Source: a virus (lineage: Duplodnaviria; Caudoviricetes). From it: DNA of 51,309 nucleotides. The position numbers were made by a program, and so were the translations under genes. The notes under the pieces are model-generated. The model worked only from the letters and a program-made list of their open reading frames with translations, did not search any database and was not told the DNA's origin. Shown here piece by piece: positions 37,780-45,374 of the stretch. The stretch's first letter is position 1. Every line of letters begins with the position of its first letter. The DNA lies in the IMG/VR virus record IMGVR_UViG_3300009082_000024, positions 1 through 51,309 of that record, one strand, 5' to 3'.

Positions 37780-38053
37780 AGCATCTTGGTATTATAAGGC
37801 AGGCACATGCGCTGACGGGTCTAAGTTCACCAATGATTTTACTTGTGCCACATGGTTATTTCCTCTGGGTACACATCTTATGATTACTAACATCGGTAAT
37901 AAGAAAGTTGTTTTTGTTAAAGTCACTGACAGGACAGCTCGTAAGTATTCGACAAGGATAGACCTTTCTAAGAAAGCTTTTAGTAGGATAGGGTCTCTCA
38001 AGAAGGGAGTGATATTTGTTAATGCAAAAGTTTATAAGTTTGGAAATCTATGA
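37676..38053 (+). CDS. RlpA-like double-psi beta-barrel (lytic transglycosylase-like) with N-terminal TM
   Basis: ASWY...TCA...PLGT.L.ITN...VFVKVTDR...IDLSKKAF..IG. Confidence 0.85.
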   Translation: MTKLEILTVIIFIAVIGKSIWLLTRDYQKQRRVYKASWYYKAGTCADGSKFTNDFTCATWLFPLGTHLMITNIGNKKVVFVKVTDRTARKYSTRIDLSKKAFSRIGSLKKGVIFVNAKVYKFGNL

Positions 38054-38063
38054 GGAGGTAGAG

Positions 38064-38300
38064 ATGGATGATGTAGAAGCAGTTTTTAAAGACGATTTAG
38101 GAAACGAGGTAGCTAGGAAGCTAGATCTTTCTTTAGTGGGGAGGCTGTTTTGTAATTTGGAAACAGCTAGGGAGTTATTAGGGCATAAGACTATAAAATC
38201 AGCTTTAAGATATGTTCATGGAGAAATAACCCAGCTGCCAGAATACAAGTTCATAGAGGGGATAGTAATGAGGGAGGGCGGACAGTGGAAAAAGACATAA
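38064..38300 (+). CDS. hypothetical protein
   Basis: RBS GAGGAGG gives ATG 38064. Confidence 0.55.
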   Translation: MDDVEAVFKDDLGNEVARKLDLSLVGRLFCNLETARELLGHKTIKSALRYVHGEITQLPEYKFIEGIVMREGGQWKKT

Positions 38301-38587
38301 AAGAAGATTGGATTAAAGAGTTAGACGAATGCCTTAAAGACTTCTCTGATTACGTTGATAAAGAATTGCGCGCGGCCATGCGTCAGGAAGAATTAAGAGA
38401 CCTCGAAGATGAGTTGCGTTGTCTTGAGAATGACATTGAACACTTTGAACAGTCGCGTGTACAGAATCTCTTTACTGACTTAAACGATACTTATACTATG
38501 CTTCTCAAACAACTAAGAAAGGAAACACATGAAATCAGAAAGACTCTCGCGAGTGAGGAAGTTAAGCGACTGGGCAAAGAATCTTGA
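38285..38587 (+). CDS. coiled-coil hypothetical protein
   Basis: GTG start with GGAGG. Confidence 0.55.
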   Translation: MEKDIKEDWIKELDECLKDFSDYVDKELRAAMRQEELRDLEDELRCLENDIEHFEQSRVQNLFTDLNDTYTMLLKQLRKETHEIRKTLASEEVKRLGKES

Positions 38588-39506
38588 AGATGAGTTCTGG
38601 AAAAGAGGGGAGGCTCCAGAGCTTGGGTTCATCTCGCTGCCAGCGTTGACGAAGAAGCTGTGGGGACTGCGCAAGAAAGCGTTGACCATTGTAGGTGCGA
38701 GGACTTCTCAGGGTAAGAGTACTTTTGCATTGCAGTTGGCATATGACATAGCTTCTCAGGGTAAGTTCGTGTGGTTCTTATCGTTGGAGATGGATGTAGA
38801 GAGCCTTTTAGAGAGATTGTTTTGTCATGTGGAACGCATAGATAACTTTACTGTGTTGTCTGGGCAGTTCAGCAAAGACGAGAAAATAAGGAATTCGTGG
38901 AGGGTGTTTAAAGATAAGATAGCTTCGTTGAAAATGCTGATAACTTGTGATATAGGCAAGACATGGGGGGAGACCAGCAAGATGCTTGAGATCGTTGGTG
39001 AAAAGAAGCCCGATGTGGTTGTCGTTGATTATATCCAGAATATATCGACACGGCCTGGGGATACCAGAGAATCTATTAACGAATATTTGCGCCAGTTCAG
39101 GAATCTTGCCATCGCCAACGATTTTGCTGGTATCCTGTGTTCACAGATCAACAGAGGCGCTGATAATACCAAAGGCCCTACGCTATCACAGCTGAAGGAG
39201 TCTGGGTTTCTCGAGGAGAGTGCTGATGTAGTCTTGCTGCTGCATTGGGAGGGTCAGACCACCGAGGATAAAGACATTGTCGACAGTAAATACACTGTGA
39301 TAATGGCTAAGAACCGTAACGGAAGGACAGGTATACACCCACTGTTATATACGCCGAAGTTCTATCGCTTCGAGGAGATCCCAGCTAACCGCGGGTTCGT
39401 TCTTCCGACTCCGAGCGTTGGCGATGACGGGTTTATCCAGCAAGTTGTTGAGATGTTCGGGGGTGAAGTTGTAGACCCAGATAGAGATTTACCGAGAGGA
39501 GGCTGA
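38529..39506 (+). CDS. dnaB: DnaB-like replicative helicase (C-terminal domain only)
   Basis: GARTSQGKS, FLSLEM, VVDYIQ, SQINR, LKESGFLEESAD, AKNRNG. Confidence 0.92.
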   Translation: MKSERLSRVRKLSDWAKNLEDEFWKRGEAPELGFISLPALTKKLWGLRKKALTIVGARTSQGKSTFALQLAYDIASQGKFVWFLSLEMDVESLLERLFCHVERIDNFTVLSGQFSKDEKIRNSWRVFKDKIASLKMLITCDIGKTWGETSKMLEIVGEKKPDVVVVDYIQNISTRPGDTRESINEYLRQFRNLAIANDFAGILCSQINRGADNTKGPTLSQLKESGFLEESADVVLLLHWEGQTTEDKDIVDSKYTVIMAKNRNGRTGIHPLLYTPKFYRFEEIPANRGFVLPTPSVGDDGFIQQVVEMFGGEVVDPDRDLPRGG

Positions 39507-39508
39507 AA

Positions 39509-39715
39509 ATGCCAAAGTTTACTTGTAGCGGTTGTGGAAAAGAGATTAGTGAGGGTTGTGGAAAAAGGATTAGAGGTCTTATACGATTTTGTAATGAGTG
39601 TTTGTTTGGAAAGCACAAAAGTGAGCCTGTTGAGGATGCTCAAGAGCAAGTTAATAAATTACGTGATGAGTGGGATAATCCATCTGCCAAAAGGCAAGAA
39701 GAAAGAGGAGGTTGA
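39509..39715 (+). CDS. small Zn-finger protein
   Basis: CSGC...CNEC; RBS GGAGG. Confidence 0.55.
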   Translation: MPKFTCSGCGKEISEGCGKRIRGLIRFCNECLFGKHKSEPVEDAQEQVNKLRDEWDNPSAKRQEERGG

Positions 39716-40455
39716 GATTGAGTGATGATGAGAATTATGGTAATCAGTGGACATGGACTTCTACTGCTTCTACTGCGAATGTGGGTTATGCAGTGACTTG
39801 GAACACGGCTAATGTTGAAAGTGAGATGAAAGTGCAAAAGGATTCGAAAGGTGCAATACATCCAGTTCTTTACTTCAAGTATCTTAAGAAGAATTTCACA
39901 TTGATGCAGAATAAGTTTTTGGAAGATAGGCTTAAGAGGTTAGAAAAGATGTCAGAAGAATTTTATAGGACAGGGCAAACTGCGATGGGCGATGAAGCCG
40001 TCCGTAATTTTATTACCTTGTCTAAGGAAGCAGAGATGATGGCCTATGGTATCAAGTATTATGTAACGAAAGAACATGCAGAAAAATATCAATACAGGAT
40101 TAAGAATTCATCGTTGAAGATCACTCCTCTTAAAAACTTTTCAAGGATTATCCCTGACAAAGTTGCGAAGATAGCAAAAGAAATAATAGCGAAACATGTA
40201 TTCGATGGGTTCGTGGTGTTCCATGTAGATGATAGAGGTACATCAGTCAAAGAGACCGAGCATGAAAGACAAGAGAGGAAAAAAGACCCTATTCTTTTTG
40301 GGACTCTTGAGTATTCAGACAAGTATTACTTTATCGCCGACTGGGAAGATGAAGTTGATGACTTGACCTTGGATAAGATGTTAAAGGGTTTATGTATGAA
40401 ACGAAAGGATGTGGATTTGGCTAAGGCGTTTAAAAAAGAAACAAAAGTAGTATAA
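39712..40455 (+). CDS. conserved-looking phage hypothetical protein
   Basis: KKDPILFG...YYFIADWEDE..DLTL. Confidence 0.7.
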   Translation: MRLSDDENYGNQWTWTSTASTANVGYAVTWNTANVESEMKVQKDSKGAIHPVLYFKYLKKNFTLMQNKFLEDRLKRLEKMSEEFYRTGQTAMGDEAVRNFITLSKEAEMMAYGIKYYVTKEHAEKYQYRIKNSSLKITPLKNFSRIIPDKVAKIAKEIIAKHVFDGFVVFHVDDRGTSVKETEHERQERKKDPILFGTLEYSDKYYFIADWEDEVDDLTLDKMLKGLCMKRKDVDLAKAFKKETKVV

Positions 40456-40466
40456 TAGGGTGAGCA

Positions 40467-40790
40467 ATGAAGAAACTACCCTATACCCCTAATAGTAAGA
40501 TTCGTTCTGCGCTACGCAGGTTATTTCTGCGTTCAAGGGAACGCAGCACTGCTCTCAAGCGTGACAAGTACACCTGTCGTTGCTGCGGGGCTAAACAAAG
40601 CAGAGCTAAAGGCAAGGAGGTTTATGTAGAGATACACCATAAAGAGGGCGTCCTTAATTGGGATAAACTTTTTAAGGCGATAAGAGAATATCTTTTATGC
40701 GACCCTTTGTTCTTAGAAACCTTATGTGACAAGTGCCATAAGGAAGGAGGTTCTGATGTGGAAAAAGAAAAAAGCTCCCGAGATTACTGA
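40467..40790 (+). CDS. HNH endonuclease
   Basis: ALKRDKYTCRCCG...EIHH...LETLCDKCH. Confidence 0.85.
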   Translation: MKKLPYTPNSKIRSALRRLFLRSRERSTALKRDKYTCRCCGAKQSRAKGKEVYVEIHHKEGVLNWDKLFKAIREYLLCDPLFLETLCDKCHKEGGSDVEKEKSSRDY

Positions 40791-41361
40791 CAAACGTGCT
40801 CTCGAAGATTTTCTGGGTCTTGCTGGTAGTGCTGGTTCTTATGTGGCGAACACAGCTACTTATGTAAACGGCACAGATGTCGAAAAGCTTTGGGAACAAG
40901 ACCCTCGCACTGCTGTTAAGCAAGAGATTATCAACGCTATGCAACAACAGAAGCAAAAGTTGGCGAACCAGTACCAAGATCAACTACAGCAATTGGCGAA
41001 TCCAATATATCAATGGGGTTCACCACTCCCGCCGCCACCGCCACAAATAGCTACTCCAGACCCTAATAAATGGTTACAATATGATCCTAATTCTGTAGCA
41101 GTAACTTCATGGGATGATGCAGTATCTACAGTATCTACAGTGAATGCGAAAGATGAACAATCAAGAAAGATAGGCTTGTTGAATCTGATCTTGAACGTTG
41201 GCGTTGATTCGGCCATCAGGATCTGCAAGAAATTTAAAATAGCTGTTGATGTAGCGTTGATGAAGCAGATGGATGAGGAACTCCACCGTAAAGAACCTGA
41301 GCCAACTCAAGAGGATTTGAATAAAGTGATAGCTGAGGTAGCTAAGGAGGTTAAGATTTAG
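40756..41361 (+). CDS. hypothetical protein sharing a 20-aa motif with the scaffold
   Basis: RBS AAGGAGG gives ATG 40756; EKLWEQDPRTAVKQEIINAM; poly-Pro linker. Confidence 0.65.
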   Translation: MWKKKKAPEITDKRALEDFLGLAGSAGSYVANTATYVNGTDVEKLWEQDPRTAVKQEIINAMQQQKQKLANQYQDQLQQLANPIYQWGSPLPPPPPQIATPDPNKWLQYDPNSVAVTSWDDAVSTVSTVNAKDEQSRKIGLLNLILNVGVDSAIRICKKFKIAVDVALMKQMDEELHRKEPEPTQEDLNKVIAEVAKEVKI

Positions 41362-41631
41362 ATGTTTGTTAAGGTGAAAAAGTTATTCAACGGTTATGCA
41401 AGCATCAGAAGCCCTATCATTGAAAAGTGTTTGGCCAACGGTGAGCCTCTTAACATCTCGTATGCTGGGCAGCTGATGACAGTGAAACTTTCACGTGACA
41501 AGCTGTTCTCGATTAATCCTCAAAGTTTTAAAAGCAGGTATGACGGTTCTGAATACAAGTTGTACGATTTTAAATTCGTTGCTAACCCAAAGTCAGAACA
41601 ATTGGTGTTTGATTTTAAAAAAGGAGCATAG
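41362..41631 (+). CDS. hypothetical protein
   Basis: Abuts previous stop. Confidence 0.65.
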   Translation: MFVKVKKLFNGYASIRSPIIEKCLANGEPLNISYAGQLMTVKLSRDKLFSINPQSFKSRYDGSEYKLYDFKFVANPKSEQLVFDFKKGA

Positions 41632-41633
41632 GT

Positions 41634-42125
41634 ATGATGGTTATTGTCTGGACGATTTTGTTTACGTTGCTCAATGCTTTCCTGTATCGTATTGGCGGTC
41701 TTTCCAAAGAAGATGCAAAGAAGAAATTCCCGTGGTATCCTCAAGCATTAGTCAACACAAAGGCCCGCGACATAGGCATAGCGTTGACAACGATAGCTTG
41801 GTTGCTGTTGTGCCATCCCGTGATGCCGTGGTTTATATATCTAATAACTTTCGGGGTTACATTCGCAGCGTTGACAACGTACTGGGATTCTCTCTTCGGC
41901 GAGGACAACTTCTTTTTTCATGGTCTTGTCATCGGTTTGGCTAAACTTGGTTGCGTGATAATAACTGGTCATTGGATAGGTTTTATTGTCCACACTTTGG
42001 TTTTAGCGGTGGGCATGTGGCTTGTTTCAGTGATGATTGTGGACTGGGCTGAAGATGCTGACTTTGAGGAGTGTGGCAGAGGAGCTATGACGGCGTTAGC
42101 AATGCCTCTCATGCTGATTGGATAG
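41634..42125 (+). CDS. integral membrane protein
   Basis: 4-5 hydrophobic segments; LYRIGG, LTTYWD, EECGRG. Confidence 0.7.
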   Translation: MMVIVWTILFTLLNAFLYRIGGLSKEDAKKKFPWYPQALVNTKARDIGIALTTIAWLLLCHPVMPWFIYLITFGVTFAALTTYWDSLFGEDNFFFHGLVIGLAKLGCVIITGHWIGFIVHTLVLAVGMWLVSVMIVDWAEDADFEECGRGAMTALAMPLMLIG

Positions 42126-42393
42126 ACTTTACTACTTCTTCTATGACGGTGACTATATCATCTTTTTTGCTCTTGAGGAAATCAGTAAGATGCCAGCAAG
42201 TTTTTCTTCTTTTCCATTGCCAGCAATCACAATAATAAGTACCGTCTTTAGCTTGGATTATGTGATACTCAGCTTCATGAGTTTTGCTTTTATAAGTTCT
42301 GATGATGATACTTGCTTCGAATGTTTCAGACCAGTACCTTAGAGTATCTTCCCAGAACTTATCTTTTCGCAAGTTCTTTTTTCTTGTCCTCAT
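42109..42393 (-). CDS. SWIM zinc-finger protein
   Basis: YYCDC...KTCWHL (CxC-n-CxH). Confidence 0.75.
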   Translation of the reverse strand: MRTRKKNLRKDKFWEDTLRYWSETFEASIIIRTYKSKTHEAEYHIIQAKDGTYYCDCWQWKRRKTCWHLTDFLKSKKDDIVTVIEEVVKSIQSA

Positions 42394-42396
42394 TGT

Positions 42397-42609
42397 TCAT
42401 CCTCTTTTTTCCTCGAGCGGAACTTCGCTCGCTTGCTCAGCCTTCTTCTTTACCCAATGATAGATACAAATAACTTCCCACCTGTTTAAGTTTTCTATGT
42501 ACTTAGGCGGGACATCAGGGTACCCTACCATCTTTAAGATTTCTCTATACATAGATGATTTGGATATGTGGGGATCAGAATTACATAGCGGGCACGGGTT
42601 AGGTTTCAT
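42397..42609 (-). CDS. hypothetical protein
   Basis: PCPLC; ATGA coupling. Confidence 0.55.
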   Translation of the reverse strand: MKPNPCPLCNSDPHISKSSMYREILKMVGYPDVPPKYIENLNRWEVICIYHWVKKKAEQASEVPLEEKRG

Positions 42610-42875
42610 AAGTCCTCCCTCATTGCGTCAAACTTGCTTATTGTGAACCTTTTTATGTCTTGGGTGATTTGAGTAAGAGTCACTATGAATTTTTCTCTGT
42701 CAACATTACTGGACGCAAAGGTGGCGGCTAAGGCTTGGGTTAATTCTGATGTCAACACACTTAACAATCCAGCGATTGAGTCTTTTGAGTTTTCATGTAC
42801 CGCATCGCACGCTTGTGCGTAAACATTTACTGCTGCATGGATTACAATCTTTAACTTTTTTTCTCGATCATTCAT
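42606..42875 (-). CDS. hypothetical helical protein
   Basis: RBS AAGGAGG. Confidence 0.65.
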   Translation of the reverse strand: MNDREKKLKIVIHAAVNVYAQACDAVHENSKDSIAGLLSVLTSELTQALAATFASSNVDREKFIVTLTQITQDIKRFTISKFDAMREDL

Positions 42876-42883
42876 AATCCTCC

Positions 42884-43540
42884 TTAGATCATCTTGATCT
42901 TTTTTCTTTCTGTTGCTACTGGAGCAGCTACTTTTTCAGGTACTGACTCATTAAGATGTTCAAATACTTTTTGCTCTTTGAACACACCTATTTCCAAGCC
43001 CCACTTATTCTCAAATGATACCGCTCTTATGTAACCGTCACTGGCAACAAAACCTCTGCTGCTTGTGCAGAACTCACCACGTGCTACTAATTTATTCTCG
43101 TTAAGATATTCCCAAAGCTTGCGCATCTGGAAAAGATTATTCCTTTTAGCCTGATCCCTGTCGAAGTCTTTCTTCATCCCATTGTCATCAGGGAATATCT
43201 CATAATAAGATGCTATCACATAGTTGTCCGTGTAATTAGAAAGCTGTTGATACCCTGTAAGCTGCATCACTTTTGTCTGTGAGTTCTCGTTGACTTGCTC
43301 ATTGTTGTACCAGAACGTGAGTTCTGATTTACCATAGATGGTTCCGTCATCATCGACCCATTGTCTTGTGAGCTGTCCTTGCTGTAACACTACACCATTG
43401 ACAACGCTTTTCTCTTTAGCTATCTTCCCCGTGGGAGTCTTTGCGACTATCTCTGGCCGCTCCATCCTTGAAAGATTTTCATACCGCACATTCATGCTGA
43501 CACCGAGATTAGTGTCGGCGATCTGTAATTTGTAAGCCAT
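42884..43540 (-). CDS. divergent Ku-like DNA end-binding protein
   Basis: Colinear by-eye match to bacterial Ku core: LGVSMNVRY; TKVMQLTGYQQLSNYTDNYVIASYYEIFPDDNG; KLWEYLNENKLVARGEF. Confidence 0.65.
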   Translation of the reverse strand: MAYKLQIADTNLGVSMNVRYENLSRMERPEIVAKTPTGKIAKEKSVVNGVVLQQGQLTRQWVDDDGTIYGKSELTFWYNNEQVNENSQTKVMQLTGYQQLSNYTDNYVIASYYEIFPDDNGMKKDFDRDQAKRNNLFQMRKLWEYLNENKLVARGEFCTSSRGFVASDGYIRAVSFENKWGLEIGVFKEQKVFEHLNESVPEKVAAPVATERKKIKMI

Positions 43541-43559
43541 GATCCCTCCTTTTTTCCTT

Positions 43560-43665
43560 CTGCACCCAAGCCATACGCTTGCACTCTTCTTTTTCGTTCA
43601 GCCCTGCGGGCTGCTTTTTCATTGTTCTTCTCTTTCTTATCTTTGTCGCTGCTGGCAGGGTGCAG
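43560..43665 (-). ncRNA. structured intergenic element between vWA and Ku-like genes
   Basis: CTGCACCC/GGGTGCAG and GCCA/TGGC closing stem; inner CAGCCC/GGGCTG hairpin. Confidence 0.4.
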
Positions 43666-43682
43666 TCTTTCGTTTCTGCCTT

Positions 43683-45218
43683 TCATTCTAACATTGTTTT
43701 GATAGTTTCCATGATCACCATGTCAGCGTGTTCATCGGCTATAATATTACTTTCTCCAGCTATAGTCTGGACAAAAGCTCCTGTTAATTCAGCACCGATG
43801 CCTACTACCATACATTTTACTTCAGCTCCGTGCTTGATGATCTGCACGCGCAGGTTGTCTATCTCATCTTTCCCCACATAACCGTCAGTCATCAGGACGA
43901 CAAGCTTGTTACCGTCTATCTCCTGATTGCTGAGTATGTCAGCCTGCACTTTCATAAACGCTTTGTAAAGGTCAGTTCCACCGCTATTAGCGGAGTATTC
44001 TTTCTCCCAATTATCACCATGCTTATAAGCATTTGTGTCGAAACTCCATACATCATAGCTTATGTTAAGCCCTTCCTGTTCCTGTATGTCTTTTAAGATC
44101 TCGATGATGCTTCTTACCGTACGCACTACCACCTTTTTCCTGTCACTTCCATCGATCATCCGTGATGACATCGAGCCTGATGCGTCCAAGCAGAAAGCTA
44201 TCTTACTTTTCTTTACCTTGACTATGTCATCTTCGTGGAATAATTCTTCTATGTCTCCAGTAAAGAATGAAGTGATAGCCTCTGTGTTAAGCTTGGCTCC
44301 TTCGAATACCATTCTCTTTTCTTTGACCGCTAATAGTTCCTTAAATGAGTTCTTAGTGAGCTCTTGAAACGCTGCGCTTCCAATAATTTCTTTGCTTGCT
44401 CCTTTGATACCGCTTCCTTTGTCCCAAGCAGAGCTAGGATTGAGGAAACGCTTAGTGTCGCCAATGTGTAGCACATCTTCATTGCCACCAAGTCCAGCTG
44501 GACTAGATCCGCTGCCTTCACTTCCTTTTTCTTGGCCGCCTTCACCTTGCCCTTGGCTTTGTCCTTCTTTTTTGTTTTCATCAGCCCCTCCTTGTTGAAT
44601 TGATATTTGCATCTCTTGTATTTGCGGGTCGTCTTCGTCTTTGATCTTGAACAGTTCCTTTACTTTCTTAATAGCTTTTTTTACTTCTTCCCAGTTGTTG
44701 CTTTCAATATCATTGATCGCTTGACGCATGAGCGAATATATATTGTTGTCTTCATTGAACTTTAATGCTTCCGTGTCATTCAACGTTTGAAATCCTTCGT
44801 TATAAAGTATGCCGTTGATAAGGCAACGTGTCATGAGATGTTCTTTCTTCATCTCCTCAAGTTTGGGATAAACATGTTGCTTTAATAATTCTCCATAAAA
44901 TTCTTTTATATTGTCAAGCATCCTGAAATTCTTCAGGTCTATTCTCAGGTCTTCAAAAGCGTTCAATATATTATGGCTTATTATTCTTCCGTCAGATACT
45001 TCTTTCGGTATGACACCGCTAAACTTAAGATGGGCTGCTTCGTGCATCAGCAAGGCTAATGCTCCCAATACATTATGTTCCTTGAGATCACACGGCATAT
45101 ATATTTCGTTCTTTGTCGGGTTAGAACTTGCTCCCTGTGCTTGTGCGTCAAATATAACCTTTGCGTTATGCTTAGAGGCGCACCATTTGGCAAGCAGTTC
45201 GAATGTCATTCTTTGCAT
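43683..45218 (-). CDS. CobT-like protein: HExxH N-domain, low-complexity linker, vWA (MIDAS) domain
   Basis: LMHEAAH...NAFEDLRI; GQ/GE-rich linker; LDASGSM, GGT, MTDG, VGIG. Confidence 0.88.
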   Translation of the reverse strand: MQRMTFELLAKWCASKHNAKVIFDAQAQGASSNPTKNEIYMPCDLKEHNVLGALALLMHEAAHLKFSGVIPKEVSDGRIISHNILNAFEDLRIDLKNFRMLDNIKEFYGELLKQHVYPKLEEMKKEHLMTRCLINGILYNEGFQTLNDTEALKFNEDNNIYSLMRQAINDIESNNWEEVKKAIKKVKELFKIKDEDDPQIQEMQISIQQGGADENKKEGQSQGQGEGGQEKGSEGSGSSPAGLGGNEDVLHIGDTKRFLNPSSAWDKGSGIKGASKEIIGSAAFQELTKNSFKELLAVKEKRMVFEGAKLNTEAITSFFTGDIEELFHEDDIVKVKKSKIAFCLDASGSMSSRMIDGSDRKKVVVRTVRSIIEILKDIQEQEGLNISYDVWSFDTNAYKHGDNWEKEYSANSGGTDLYKAFMKVQADILSNQEIDGNKLVVLMTDGYVGKDEIDNLRVQIIKHGAEVKCMVVGIGAELTGAFVQTIAGESNIIADEHADMVIMETIKTMLE

Positions 45219-45231
45219 ACATCGTCTCCTT

Positions 45232-45370
45232 TCAACGCTCTCGTCGCGCTACACGGGACAGAACGCTACGCAGCCGTGATCTTGCCTGCTTTCTTTTGCT
45301 GTCCTGCCTTCTCTCTGCAAGTATCACGGCACGCTCCGCTCTCTGTCCCGTGAGTGCTCCTCGGCGTTGA
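45232..45370 (-). ncRNA. long interrupted hairpin between AAA+ and vWA genes
   Basis: TCAACGC/GCGTTGA, CACGGGACAGA/TCTGTCCCGTG, GCCGTGAT/ATCACGGC, CTTGC/GCAAG nested. Confidence 0.6.
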
Positions 45371-45374
45371 CCAT

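Noticed and set aside
43560-45370. Ro60/Y-RNA system (vWA protein flanked by stem-loop RNAs)
   Set aside because: The vWA protein has an HExxH CobT-like N-terminus, not a recognisable TROVE domain, and I see no Y-RNA signature
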